The notes: generated by a model from the letters alone, not told the origin. A stretch of 64,000 nt of DNA from an uncultured Gemmatimonadales bacterium (GCA_963823035.1 CAWGKG010000020.1:224001-288000), one strand, 5' to 3'. Positions 9,341 through 19,835 are shown, counted from the stretch's first letter. Program-made: numbers and translations.

Positions 9341-10804
9341 ATGCCCGACCCCGTCATGAACATCGTCCATCTCGTCGCCGAGTACTGGCCCTACGCCCGC
9401 ACCGGCGGCCTGGCCGAAGCCGTACGCGGAATCGCGACGCACCAGGCCCGCTCCGGGACCCCTACCTGCGTCTTCATGCCGCTCTACCGGATCGCCCGCG
9501 AGAGGGCCGGCCGCCTGGAGCCGGTGTGCGAGGTGACCGTCCCCCTCGGTATCGGCCCGCAGACGTGCCGCATCATGTCCGCGCCGGACGCCGACGAGGC
9601 GGCCCGCGTCTACTTCGTGGAGCACGACGGTGCCTTCGATCGGCCCGGAATCTACGGGGAGGACGGTGGCGACTACGGTGACAACTACCTGCGCTTCGCG
9701 CTCTTCTCGCGTGCGGTGCTCGAAGCGCTGCCGAAGCTCGTGCCGGACGGCGACATCGTGCTCCATCCGCACGATTGGCACGCGGCGCTCGGTCCCGTCT
9801 TCCTGCGCACCGTATACGCCGGACAGCCCTACTACGACGCCGTGGCGTGTATCCTTTCGGTGCACAACGTGGGCTACCAGGGGCTGTACGGTCCGGACAT
9901 CCTCGGGCCCGTTGGGCTTCCGCCGGAGGTCTACCACTGGAGCACGATGGAGTACTACGGCCAGATCAACTGGCTGAAGGGCGGGCTGGCCTACGCGGAC
10001 TGGGTGACCACCGTGAGCCCGACGCACGCGCACGAGCTGCGCACCCCGGCCGGCGGATTCGGACTGCACGACTTCTTCATCGGGATCGGGGACCGTCTGG
10101 TCGGCATCCTCAACGGGATCGACCAGACGCTCTGGGATCCGTCCGTGGACGAGGAGGCGGTGCGTGCATACTCGCGCGACGACCTCGAGGGCAAGAAGGC
10201 GTGCAAGGCGTGGCTGCAGGAGCTGGCCGGGCTGCCCGTGAAGGCGGAGGTGCCGCTCGTGTGCATGACCGCGCGTCTGGCCAAGCAGAAGGGGTTCGAC
10301 CTCATCCTGGGAGACGGGCTCCTGTACAGACTGCCGGGCGCGCAGTTCATCTTCCTCGGAGAGGGGGATCCCTACTACCAGCAGCAGCTCGAGGAGGTGG
10401 CGCGCAACGTGCCCGACCGCGTGGCCGCCTTCTTCGACTTCACGGAGAAGCGTGAGCATCGCCTGCTACTCGGCGCGGATATCCTGCTCATGCCCTCCCA
10501 GTACGAGCCGTGTGGACTGACGCAGATGCGCGCACAGCGCTACGGGGCGCTGCCCGTGGTGCGGCGCGTCGGCGGGCTCGCCGATACGGTGGAGGACCAG
10601 GAGACCGGCTTCGTCTTCGACGAGTACACGACGAACGCCCTCGAGGTGGCGTTGCGGCGCGCCTTCGCGCTCTACCCCGACCGCACGTCGTGGGAGCGGC
10701 ACATGCGCGAAGCCATGAGCCGGGACTTCGGATGGGCGCGCTCGGCGCAGCGCTACCTCGACCTCTATGAAGCGGCAGTCAAGGCGCACCACAACAGAGA
10801 CTGA
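9341..10804 (+). CDS. glgA: Glycogen synthase (GT5)
   Basis: ARTGGL, HPHDWH, HNVGYQG, GILNGID, RLAKQKGFD, MPSQYEPCGLTQM, VGGLADTV. Confidence 0.95.
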   Translation: MPDPVMNIVHLVAEYWPYARTGGLAEAVRGIATHQARSGTPTCVFMPLYRIARERAGRLEPVCEVTVPLGIGPQTCRIMSAPDADEAARVYFVEHDGAFDRPGIYGEDGGDYGDNYLRFALFSRAVLEALPKLVPDGDIVLHPHDWHAALGPVFLRTVYAGQPYYDAVACILSVHNVGYQGLYGPDILGPVGLPPEVYHWSTMEYYGQINWLKGGLAYADWVTTVSPTHAHELRTPAGGFGLHDFFIGIGDRLVGILNGIDQTLWDPSVDEEAVRAYSRDDLEGKKACKAWLQELAGLPVKAEVPLVCMTARLAKQKGFDLILGDGLLYRLPGAQFIFLGEGDPYYQQQLEEVARNVPDRVAAFFDFTEKREHRLLLGADILLMPSQYEPCGLTQMRAQRYGALPVVRRVGGLADTVEDQETGFVFDEYTTNALEVALRRAFALYPDRTSWERHMREAMSRDFGWARSAQRYLDLYEAAVKAHHNRD

Positions 10805-10805
10805 C

Positions 10806-12891
10806 ATGGACGTGTCCCGCTCCCATCTTCTCGCCGCGCTCGCGCTGGGTCTCGCCTGCGCGGCTTGCGGCGGCGAATCCAACGGTTCGGGGTCCGGCAT
10901 CACGGGCGACTGGGACTACTATCGCATGCTCGGCGCCGCAGCCGAGCGGCGGATTCGAGGCGCGCCGCCGCTTCGGCTACGCGCACTTCGCCGAAGGCGC
11001 CGCCGAGGGAAGCTGGCTCCGTCGCCGTCGGGGTGACGCGCTCGAGGAGGTGCGGAGCGTCCGCTGTCCACGGCGACTCGCTCTTCGTCGACTTCGCGAG
11101 CGGCGCCGCGCTCGAAGGCGTGGTACGTGGCGACACCGTCTCGGGGCACCTCCTGCGCGGGGGTGAGCCGGCCGACAGGGTCTGGCTGGTCCGGCGGACG
11201 GAGCCGCCCGTGTGGGAGCCGTACTATCCGTTGTGGAGCGGACCCGTGTCGGATTCGACCTACGCGGTGACCATCGACCCGGCGGTGCCCATGACCGCCC
11301 GTGACGGCACCACGCTCATGAGCTTCGTCGGCCGCCCGGTCGGGCGACGGGCCGTTCGGCGTGGTGATGGAGCGTACGCCCTACCTGCGCATCGACACGG
11401 CGAACGCGGTGTTCTGGGCAGCGCGCGGCTACATCTACGTGAAGCAGGACGTGCGCGGCCGCGGCGGCTCGGGCGGCGTCCTGGACATGAACGCGATGCA
11501 GGAGCAGGACGGCTACGACGCCGTCGAGTGGGCCGGTACGCTCCCGGGGAGCAACGGGAAGGTCGGCATGATCGGCCGCTCCAACCCGGGGCTGTACACC
11601 TGGTACGCCGCGATCGCCCGCCCGCCGCACCTGGCCGCGATCGCGCCGGTGGTCGCCACGGCCGACCCCATCCGGCTGGTGCCCTACATCGACATGGTGT
11701 TCTCGCCGACCATCGTGCCGTGGCTCTGCTACACCGCGGTGAAGGAGACGCTCACGGACCTGGGCCAGGTCGACGAGGTCGAGGCGTTCAACCACCTGCC
11801 CGTGATCGACGCGGCGGAGATGGCCGGGTGCCCACGCCGGCAGTTCTGGGACGACTGGTTCGACCACCAGCAACTCGACGACTACTGGCGTGGGCTGTCG
11901 ATCGAGGCACGTCTGGATCGCGTGAACGTGCCCGTGCTCGGCATTGCGGGGTGGTACGACGACGCGCGCGGCACGATCCGCAACTTCTCCGTGATGGAGA
12001 AGCTGGCGGACCACCCGCCGCTGCGCGTCGTGATGGACCCGGGAGCCCACAAGGGCATCGACTACGTGAACGGGGACTTCGGTCCGCAGGCGCGCTTGGA
12101 CCACCGCGCGCTCCAGCTGCGCTGGTTCGACCGGTGGCTGAAGGGTATCGAGAACGGCGTGGATACCGAGCCCACGCTCGACCTCTTCATCATGGGCGAC
12201 GACACGTGGCGGCAGGAGACTGAGTGGCCGCTCGCGCGGACCGAGTGGACGGACTTCTACCTGCACTCGGCGGGTGACGCCAACACCACGGCCGGCGACG
12301 GCACGCTCGACACGACGGCTCCGGGGAGCGAGCCGTCGGACGCCTACACGTACGACCCGGGCGACCCGACGCCCTACCTCGTGGACGCGCGGGAGCTCGA
12401 GCTGAACCTCAACGAGGACTACGCCGACCTGCACGCCGCGCGCGGCGACGTGCTCGCCTACACGACAGCGCCGCTCGAGCACGACACCGAGATCACCGGA
12501 CCGATGTCGGCCACGCTGTGGGCCGCCACCGACGCGCGCGACACCGACTGGAACGTGATGCTGCTGCACGTCTGGCCGGACGGGCGCGCGCTTCGCGTCC
12601 AGGACGGCGTGATGCGGGCGCGCTTCCGCGACGGCTTCGACCGGCCGTCGCCGCTCATGTCCGGGGAAGGCGTACCGTTACGACATCGACCTCTGGTTCA
12701 CGGGGATCGTGATCCCGGCCGGCCATCGTCTGCGCGTGGTCGTGTCGTCCGCCGCCTTCCCGAAGTACGACCGCAACCTGAACACCGGCGGGGACAACGA
12801 GCGGGACACGGCGTACGTCGCCGCGCACCAGACCGTGTTCCACGACGCGGAGCACCCCTCGCACGTGACGCTGCCGATCATTCCACGGTAG
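10806..12891 (+). CDS. CocE/NonD-family hydrolase with N-terminal lipoprotein extension (frameshifted)
   Basis: Lipobox LACAAC; RTPY, QDVRGRGGSGG, DGYDAVEW, GRSNPG, GWYD, YTYDPGDPTP, GHRLRVVVSSAAFPKYDRN; frameshifts near 10940, 11345, 12670. Confidence 0.85.
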
Positions 12892-12902
12892 GTCCGACGC
12901 TT

Positions 12903-15563
12903 CTAGCGAAGCACGCTGTTCGCGGCCACCCGCGTCGCCCGCAGGACCGGGCCGACCAGGGCGACCGCGGCCGCGGCGACGAGCACCGCCGCCGCCCCGG
13001 TCAGGGCGATGGGATCGACGGGCGACACGCCGAACAGGAGGGAGCGGAGCGCGTGGCCGACGAGGGCCACGCCCGCGCCCCCGACGCACAGTCCGGCCCC
13101 GAGCCACAGCGCGCCGCGCCCCACCAGCAGCCACGCGATCCGGCGTGGGCTCGACCCGAGAGCGAGCCGCACGCCGAGCTCGCGTTCCCCGGCCGCTACC
13201 ATGTTCGCGAAGAGGGCGTAGACGCCCATGGAGGCGAGCAGGAGGGTGAGCGCGGCGAAGCCGCCGATCAGCAGCGTCGGGAGCCGGCGTCCCTGCAGGC
13301 CGCGAGCCACCGACGCGCTCAACGGGGTGGCGTCCGCCATCGGCACGCCTGGATCGAGGGCGGTGAGCACGCGTCGGAAGGGCTCGATCAGCCGGGTCGC
13401 ATCGCCCTCCGTGCGGACCACGTACGCACGGCTCGTCCGCAGCGCGTCCTGGCGATCGGACCCGTAGGCCATCGGCTCTCCCGAGGCGAGCGTGGGATCG
13501 TTCCGGACATCGCCCACCACGCCGACGACTACGGCCCATGGCGTCGACGGGCCCGAGCCGATGCGAACCCGTGCGCCGACGGCGTCCCCTGCGGGCCACC
13601 AGCGCCGGGCCACCCCCTCGCTGACGACGATCGCCCGGGACGCGTCGGCACCGTCCCGCGTGTCGAAGGTGCGTCCTTCGACGACGGGGATGCGCATCGC
13701 CCGGAAGTAGGCGTCCGAGACCGTGGCGAAGGCCACGGACGGCGGGCTCTCCCCGTCGGGCCGCACCCGTCCCTGGAGGGTCAGCTCGTCGCGGCGCATC
13801 GCGGGGCTCGGGAGGGCGCTGGTGCTCGCGACCGTCGACACGCCCGGCAGGGCGCCCACGCCGTCGAGGAGCTCCCGGAAGAAGCGGGCGCGGGCCCCAT
13901 CGGTCGCGGGTACCGGACCCTTCACCGACACGGCCAGCACGCCGGTCGGATCGTACCCGAGCGGGGCCGTGCCCATCGTTCGGAGGCTGCGGGCCAGGAG
14001 GCCCGCTCCCGCGAGAAGGCTCAGGCTGAGCGCGATCTGCGTCGCGACCAGCAACCCGCGCAGCCGCCGGGCCCCGCGCCCCTCCCCGGCCAGGTCGCCG
14101 GAGCCGCGCAACGTGCGCTGAACGTCCGCGCGCCCGGCCGTGACGGCCGGTGCGATGCCGACCGCGGCCGTGGCGGCCAGAGCGACGACGGCCATCGCCA
14201 CGAACACACCGGCATCGAGGTCGAGGTCGGCGTACGCGGGGAGGGTACCGGGAGGGAGTCGGCGCAGGGCGGCCATCGCGGCGCCCGCGATGCCCGATCC
14301 GGCGGTCGCGCCGGCCACCGCGAGGAGTCCGCACTCCGTCAGGAGCTGTCGCGCCAGCCGGCCCCGGCCGGCGCCAAGCGCCACGCGTGTGGCCAGCTCA
14401 CCTCGCCGCGAGACCGTCCGGGACAGTATCGCGCCAGCGAGGTTGACGCAGGCCGCGATCAGGACGAGCGCGGCGCTCGCCATGAGCACCAGCAAGGGGA
14501 GCCGGGTGTCGCCGACCATCGCCTCGCGGATGGGGACGAGCGTCGCGGTGTGCCCGGCGTCCGAAGCCGGATGCTCGCGTCCCAGCTCCGCCGTGATCGT
14601 CGCGAGCTCCCTCTGGGCGGCCGACACCGTCACCCCGTCGCGCAGGCGGGCGACGGCACCGAGCGACCGGGAGCTCCGTGCGCGTTCCGGGTCTCTCAGG
14701 GCCCCTTCGATGCCCATTCCGAACCACACGTCGGCACGCCCCACGGGGCCGACGAAGTCGCGGGGGAGCACGCCGATGATCGCATACGGCTGTCGGTCGA
14801 CGACGAGGGTGCGGCCGACGACGCCTTCGTCCGCGCCGAACGCGTTCCGCCAGGTGGCCCAGTCCAGGAGCGCAACCGGCGCCTCGCTCTCGACGTCCTC
14901 CGGGGAGAAGGCACGGCCGAGCACCGGCTCGACGCCCAGCGTCGGAAAGAAGCCGGGCCCTGCGAGGGCGGCCGTGAGGACGTGGGGCTCGCCGGCACCC
15001 TGGTGGACCACGTCGTAGGTCGCCGGGAAGAAGACGCCGATCGCCTCGAGCGAGCGCGCTCGCTCGCGGTAGTCGCGGATCGCGCCGGCGCTCAGGGAGG
15101 TCCGCTCCACGGTGCCGTCGACGGAGCGTCCGTACAGGCGCGCGATCCTCCCGGAGTCCCGGTAGGGAAGCGCATCCAGAAGCGTCGACTTCACCACGCC
15201 GAAGACGGCCGCGTTCGCGCCGATGCCGAGCGCGAGGGTGGCCACGGCCAGGCCGGTGAACAGCGGTGCGCGAATCGCCGAACGGATCGCGAATCGAACG
15301 TCCCCCCGGAGGTCGTCGAGCCACACCTGCCGACGCCGGGCTCGTCGCTCCGCCGCGAGCAGGCGGACGCACTCCCCACGCACGTGCCCCACGTCTCCGA
15401 AGCGCTCCCTCGCGGCCCGGCCGGCGGCTGCCTCGTCGAGACCGCGCTCCATGTAGTCGCGCGCGCGCCGCTGGAGGTGGAAGCGCAGCTCTTCGTCCAC
15501 CTCCCGGCGGGGGTCCCGCGAGAGGATCGAGCGCAGCGCCCGGAGGCTCCCGCGGAGGCTCAC
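12903..15563 (-). CDS. ADOP-type duplicated ABC (MacB/FtsX-like) permease
   Basis: EVDEELRFHL, LALGIGANAAVF, LIAACVNLAG, RELGVRLALG; GTG 15563 overlaps PadR stop. Confidence 0.9.
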   Translation of the reverse strand: MSLRGSLRALRSILSRDPRREVDEELRFHLQRRARDYMERGLDEAAAGRAARERFGDVGHVRGECVRLLAAERRARRRQVWLDDLRGDVRFAIRSAIRAPLFTGLAVATLALGIGANAAVFGVVKSTLLDALPYRDSGRIARLYGRSVDGTVERTSLSAGAIRDYRERARSLEAIGVFFPATYDVVHQGAGEPHVLTAALAGPGFFPTLGVEPVLGRAFSPEDVESEAPVALLDWATWRNAFGADEGVVGRTLVVDRQPYAIIGVLPRDFVGPVGRADVWFGMGIEGALRDPERARSSRSLGAVARLRDGVTVSAAQRELATITAELGREHPASDAGHTATLVPIREAMVGDTRLPLLVLMASAALVLIAACVNLAGAILSRTVSRRGELATRVALGAGRGRLARQLLTECGLLAVAGATAGSGIAGAAMAALRRLPPGTLPAYADLDLDAGVFVAMAVVALAATAAVGIAPAVTAGRADVQRTLRGSGDLAGEGRGARRLRGLLVATQIALSLSLLAGAGLLARSLRTMGTAPLGYDPTGVLAVSVKGPVPATDGARARFFRELLDGVGALPGVSTVASTSALPSPAMRRDELTLQGRVRPDGESPPSVAFATVSDAYFRAMRIPVVEGRTFDTRDGADASRAIVVSEGVARRWWPAGDAVGARVRIGSGPSTPWAVVVGVVGDVRNDPTLASGEPMAYGSDRQDALRTSRAYVVRTEGDATRLIEPFRRVLTALDPGVPMADATPLSASVARGLQGRRLPTLLIGGFAALTLLLASMGVYALFANMVAAGERELGVRLALGSSPRRIAWLLVGRGALWLGAGLCVGGAGVALVGHALRSLLFGVSPVDPIALTGAAAVLVAAAAVALVGPVLRATRVAANSVLR

Positions 15564-15913
15564 GTCGCCCGGTCCGGGGCTTCGGTCGTGGTCACCGCGT
15601 GACTCACGGCCGCGGCAAGCCGTTTCCACCCGGAGCTCTGCTCGGTGAGCTGCCGCCGGCCCTCGGGGGTGAGCTCGTAGTACTTGGCGCGGCGGTTGTT
15701 CTCGGAGGTTCCCCACTCGGCCTCGAGCCAGCCCTTGCGGGCCATGCGGTAGAGCGCCGGGTAGAGCGAGCCCTCTTCGACCCTGAGAACGTCTCCGGTC
15801 GTGCGCTCGATCCAGTGGGCGATCCCGTACCCGTGCATGGGCCCCCAGGACAGGGTCTTCAAGACGAGGAGCTCGAGCGTGCCCTGGAGCAGCTTCGAGT
15901 CATGGGCGAACAC
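15560..15913 (-). CDS. PadR-family transcriptional regulator (start uncertain, 15913 or 15949)
   Basis: LLQGTLELLVLKTL, MHGYGI, EEGSLYPALYR, EWGTSENNRRAKYY. Confidence 0.93.
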   Translation of the reverse strand: MFAHDSKLLQGTLELLVLKTLSWGPMHGYGIAHWIERTTGDVLRVEEGSLYPALYRMARKGWLEAEWGTSENNRRAKYYELTPEGRRQLTEQSSGWKRLAAAVSHAVTTTEAPDRAT

Positions 15914-15937
15914 CGCGGCCTCCGGCTCCGGGGGGAT

Positions 15938-15999
15938 CTTCCTATGCACATCTATGGAAGCCCAGGGTAGCACGCTTCCCCTCGATGCGCCAGGGGAAG
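15938..15999. promoter_or_regulatory. Two tandem palindromes upstream of padR; candidate PadR operators
   Basis: cttcctatgcacatctatggaag (15938-15960) and cttcccct-N9-aggggaag (15975-15999). Confidence 0.5.
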
Positions 16000-16004
16000 G
16001 GGAG

Positions 16005-18515
16005 CTACTCGGTCCGCAGCGCGACCAGGGCGTCCAGCCGCGCCGCACGCAGCGCCGGCAACAGCCCCGCCGCCACGGCCACGGCCAGCATCACGGCCGC
16101 CGTGGCCGCGATGGCCGCGGGGCTCGTGGGCGCCACACCGTAGAGGAGGCTGCCGACGAGGGGCGCTCCGGCGACGGCCGCGGGCACGCCCACCGCCAAC
16201 CCGATCGCCGCGAGCACGACCACCTGGCGGAGCACCATCCACAGGATCTGGCCCGGCCTCGCCCCCACGGCCACCCGCACGCCGATCTCGCTCGTCCGTC
16301 GGGTCACCGAGTACGAGGTGACCCCGTGCAGCCCGATGCTCGCGAGGAGCAGGGCGAAGGCGCCGAAGAGCGTCAGGAGCTGCGTGAACACGCGCTCCTT
16401 GGCGCCGGTCTGGGCGATGATCTCCGTCTGAGCGCGGATCCGTGGCACCGGGATGTCGGGATCGATCTCCGTGACCGCTTCGCGCAGCGGCCCCTCGAGG
16501 CGCGCGAGCGGGACATCGGTGCGCAGGAAGACGTGGTAGCCGCCCCACGCCGAGCGCTGGAACGCCGACTCGTAGACCGTGGAGGGGACGGGGTCACGCC
16601 GGTTGCGGTAGGGCATGTCGTTGACCACCCCCACGATCTGGACGTCTTGGCCGCTGGTGCGGAGCGTCCGGCCGATCGGTGACGTGCCGCCGAAGATCTC
16701 CCGGACGGCGGCTTGGTTCACCACGCCGACCGGAGGGGCGTCCGGGCCGTCCTGGAAGCCCGGCATGCGCCCCTCCAGCAGTCGGGCGCCCATCGTCTCC
16801 AGAAAGGCCGGCCCGATGCCGTTCCGGTACAGGGCGACTTGCTTGCCGTCCACGTCGACGGAGGTGTTCGAGACGATTCCGCTCATGGGCGCGTTCTCGA
16901 CCAGCGTGACCGTGCGCACGCCGGGCACGCGCTGGATACGCGCGATGAGCTCCTGGTAGAGACGCGGATACTCCTCTTCCCTCAGATGCGTGTAGCCCGG
17001 ATCCACCTGGAAGGAGACGATGCCATGGGGATCGAAGCCGAGCTGCACGCTGCCCAGGTTCGCCACCGTACGCAGGAAGAGGACGGCGCCGAGCACCAGC
17101 GGCACGGATACGGCGATCTGTACGGCGATGAGAAGACGACCCGCGGTGAGGCGGGGCGTGGAGCCGCCCCCGCCCCGCTGCTTGAGCCATCCGATGGGGT
17201 CGAGGCCGGACAACCGGAGGGCGGGAAGGAGCCCGAACGCCAACGTCGCGACGATGGCGAGCGCGGCGCTGAGCCCGAGCACCTGCGGGTCCAGGCTCAC
17301 CTGCATGTCGAGGTCGCCGAACGCACCGGAGCCCAGGCTGCCGGTGAGGAGGTTCCGCAGCGCCTTGCGCCCGACCAGGGTGAGCGCGAGGCCGGCCACC
17401 GTACCGGCGGTTGCGAGCAAGACCGCCTCCAGCAGCGTCTGGCGCATGAGGCGCGCGCGACCTCCGCCGAGGGCGCGGCGAACGGCCATCTCCCGCTGGC
17501 GGCTCACGCCGCGGGCCAACATCAGGCTCGCGAGGTTCACGCAGGCGATCAGGAGCACGATGCCGACGACGCCGAGGAGGAAGTAGAGCAACCGTGCCGT
17601 CTCCGCCCGCACGGGCTGTGCGCCCTGCGACCCGTCGATGAGGCGCAACTCGGGAAGATGGCCGTCTTCGGCGACCAGCGGCGACGGCACCGCGCGCATC
17701 GCTGCGGCGAGTGTCTGCTGAGCGCTCGCTTCCGAGGTCCCCGTCGGAACGCGAGCCATCAGACGGAGCCAGAACGTGTCGTCCGACGTGAAGAGGGATT
17801 CGTCGTCCGTCAGCCGACGGTAGACCGTCGGCTGTGCGGACACGGGCACCGTGATCTCCGTCTGCGGGAAGAAGCCGCCCAGGGAGAGGCCCTTGAACCC
17901 CTCCGCGGTGACGCCCACGACCTCGGCGCCGACGCCGTTGATGCGGACCGTGCGGCCCACGATGGAGGGGTCGCCGCCGAACGCCCTCATCCAGAAGGCG
18001 TGGCTGAGCACCGCGACGAGGGGCGCGTCGAGCGCGTTGTCGGTGGGAAGGATCGGGCGCCCGAGCGCCATGCGCGCCCTCAGCAACGGGAAGTACCCGC
18101 CGTCCGCCAATGCGCCACCGGCGGCCAGGGCGGGCTGGTCGCCCACGGCCACGCTGACGCCCCGGAGGAAGGCGAACGCGAAGACCCCGACCCCGGGCGG
18201 CGCGGCGTCGCGCAGGGCCTGGTAGATGGGGTAGGTGAAGTTGCTACGCAGTGACGCGCCCGTCGCGGGATCGCGGTAGTTGGTGGATCCCGTGTTGTTG
18301 ATGCGGTAGTCGCCGTCACGGCTCCACGCGAGGAGCTTCAGCTCCTGCGGCTTCTCGACCGGGAGAGGCGTGAGCAGCAGGGTGCGCACGACGCCGAACA
18401 TGGCCGCGTTCGCACCGATGCCGATCGCGAGCGAGAGAACCGCCACCAGCGTGAAGCCGGGGCTACGACGCAGCACCCGCAAGGCGTACCGGAGATCCTG
18501 ACCCAGACCCGACAT
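16005..18515 (-). CDS. ADOP-type duplicated ABC permease
   Basis: GQDLRYALRVLRRSPGF, LAIGIGANAAMF, LLIACVNLASL, EIGVRVAVGA. Confidence 0.92.
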   Translation of the reverse strand: MSGLGQDLRYALRVLRRSPGFTLVAVLSLAIGIGANAAMFGVVRTLLLTPLPVEKPQELKLLAWSRDGDYRINNTGSTNYRDPATGASLRSNFTYPIYQALRDAAPPGVGVFAFAFLRGVSVAVGDQPALAAGGALADGGYFPLLRARMALGRPILPTDNALDAPLVAVLSHAFWMRAFGGDPSIVGRTVRINGVGAEVVGVTAEGFKGLSLGGFFPQTEITVPVSAQPTVYRRLTDDESLFTSDDTFWLRLMARVPTGTSEASAQQTLAAAMRAVPSPLVAEDGHLPELRLIDGSQGAQPVRAETARLLYFLLGVVGIVLLIACVNLASLMLARGVSRQREMAVRRALGGGRARLMRQTLLEAVLLATAGTVAGLALTLVGRKALRNLLTGSLGSGAFGDLDMQVSLDPQVLGLSAALAIVATLAFGLLPALRLSGLDPIGWLKQRGGGGSTPRLTAGRLLIAVQIAVSVPLVLGAVLFLRTVANLGSVQLGFDPHGIVSFQVDPGYTHLREEEYPRLYQELIARIQRVPGVRTVTLVENAPMSGIVSNTSVDVDGKQVALYRNGIGPAFLETMGARLLEGRMPGFQDGPDAPPVGVVNQAAVREIFGGTSPIGRTLRTSGQDVQIVGVVNDMPYRNRRDPVPSTVYESAFQRSAWGGYHVFLRTDVPLARLEGPLREAVTEIDPDIPVPRIRAQTEIIAQTGAKERVFTQLLTLFGAFALLLASIGLHGVTSYSVTRRTSEIGVRVAVGARPGQILWMVLRQVVVLAAIGLAVGVPAAVAGAPLVGSLLYGVAPTSPAAIAATAAVMLAVAVAAGLLPALRAARLDALVALRTE

Positions 18516-18592
18516 GCGCGCTCCTCTCCCGGAGAGACTCTGTCGTTGGGACAGGAGTGGGGCCTTGCGGGTTGCAGGCGGCTGCTTCGGAA

Positions 18593-19063
18593 CTAGGCCT
18601 CTTCTACGGTGACCTTCTCCATCACGACGTCCTCGACCGGCCGGTCGCCCCTGGCGGTCTTCACCTGCCCGATCTTCTTCACCACGTCCATACCGCCGGT
18701 GACCTTCCCGAAGATGGCGTGCTTGCGGTCGAGCCACGGCGTGGCCGCCAGCGTGATGAAGAACTGGGAGCCACCGGTGTTGGGACCGGCGTTCGCCATC
18801 GAGAAGAGGCCCTCGGTGTCGTGCTTGAGGCCGGCGCCGAACTCGTCCGGAATCGAATAGCCGGGGCCGCCGCTGCCCGTGCCGGTCGGGTCGCCGCCCT
18901 GGATCATGAACCCCTCGATGACGCGGTGGAAGACCACGCCGTCGTAGAAGCCCTTCTTGGCGAGGTCCACGAAGTTTCCGGCGGTCTTCGGGGCCGAGTC
19001 CGCGAACATCTCCGCGGTGATGGTCCCGTGGTTGGTCTGGATGGTGACGGTCGGATTGGCCAC
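18593..19063 (-). CDS. Cyclophilin-type peptidyl-prolyl isomerase
   Basis: FHRVIEGFMIQGGDPTGTGSGGPGY, SMANAGPNTGGSQFFIT, WLDRKHAIFG. Confidence 0.96.
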   Translation of the reverse strand: MANPTVTIQTNHGTITAEMFADSAPKTAGNFVDLAKKGFYDGVVFHRVIEGFMIQGGDPTGTGSGGPGYSIPDEFGAGLKHDTEGLFSMANAGPNTGGSQFFITLAATPWLDRKHAIFGKVTGGMDVVKKIGQVKTARGDRPVEDVVMEKVTVEEA

Positions 19064-19159
19064 GCTACGCTCCGTGTGGGTTTCGATCAGGAGGCGTACG
19101 GTACCCAACCCGCGGAGCGGGGTCCAGAGCGCCGGGTGCTCTCGCGGCGGAGAGGAAGA

Positions 19160-19744
19160 CTAGCGAACCACCACGGGCTGGTAGGCGTCGCCCGTACCGA
19201 GCGACACGAACGCGAACAGCCCCCGCTGACAGGTGCCCCACGTGCCCGCCTGCGCCGTGTAGCGCATGGCGGCCCGCGGGAAGCCGGTCTGGTTCATCAG
19301 CCACAGCTGGCCGAGCGCGTCGACGCCGGGTCCGGCGACCCCCAGCGTGAAGGGGCCGAGTCTCTGGACCGGCCAGGCGGATGCCCCCGGCCCGAGCGGG
19401 AGCACGCGGCTGAGCCCCATGCTCGTCAGCGTGCACGACTCCCCTTCGGGCCCCGCCGTGGACAGGCGGGAGAAGCTCGCGGGCGAGGCCGTGGTGTAGC
19501 CGTCCCAGGTGTAGTTGGGCGCGCTTTGGTAGTCGCCGATGGTGGCCGACGGAGGGGCTGTCTTCGTCAGCGGCGCGGCAGGGCGATCGACGCCGCCGCC
19601 TTCGATTCCGGTGGGCTGGCTCGAGTGGATCCCGAGCAGGCCCAGCCCGGCATGGAGCGCCTGGGTGCAGCCGGTGAGGACGGAAGCGGCTGCGAGGGTG
19701 GCGACGAGCGCCGCCACACGAATACGTGAAGTGCGGCGGACCAT
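19160..19744 (-). CDS. Hypothetical lipoprotein
   Basis: Basic N-terminus, hydrophobic stretch and lipobox VLTGC; fills the gap between flanking genes. Confidence 0.6.
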   Translation of the reverse strand: MVRRTSRIRVAALVATLAAASVLTGCTQALHAGLGLLGIHSSQPTGIEGGGVDRPAAPLTKTAPPSATIGDYQSAPNYTWDGYTTASPASFSRLSTAGPEGESCTLTSMGLSRVLPLGPGASAWPVQRLGPFTLGVAGPGVDALGQLWLMNQTGFPRAAMRYTAQAGTWGTCQRGLFAFVSLGTGDAYQPVVVR

Positions 19745-19835
19745 GATCCACCTCCGCTCGAGGGTCCGCACGATCCTACCTTTCCTACCAGTATAGCGGG
19801 TGGGTGTTCGCCGGTGCATGCGGGAGCGTCGACAA

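Noticed and set aside
11361..15602. 1413-aa apparent CocE mega-fusion
   Set aside because: A frameshift near 12670 runs the hydrolase into the antisense frame of the permease; the real C-terminus ends at 12891.
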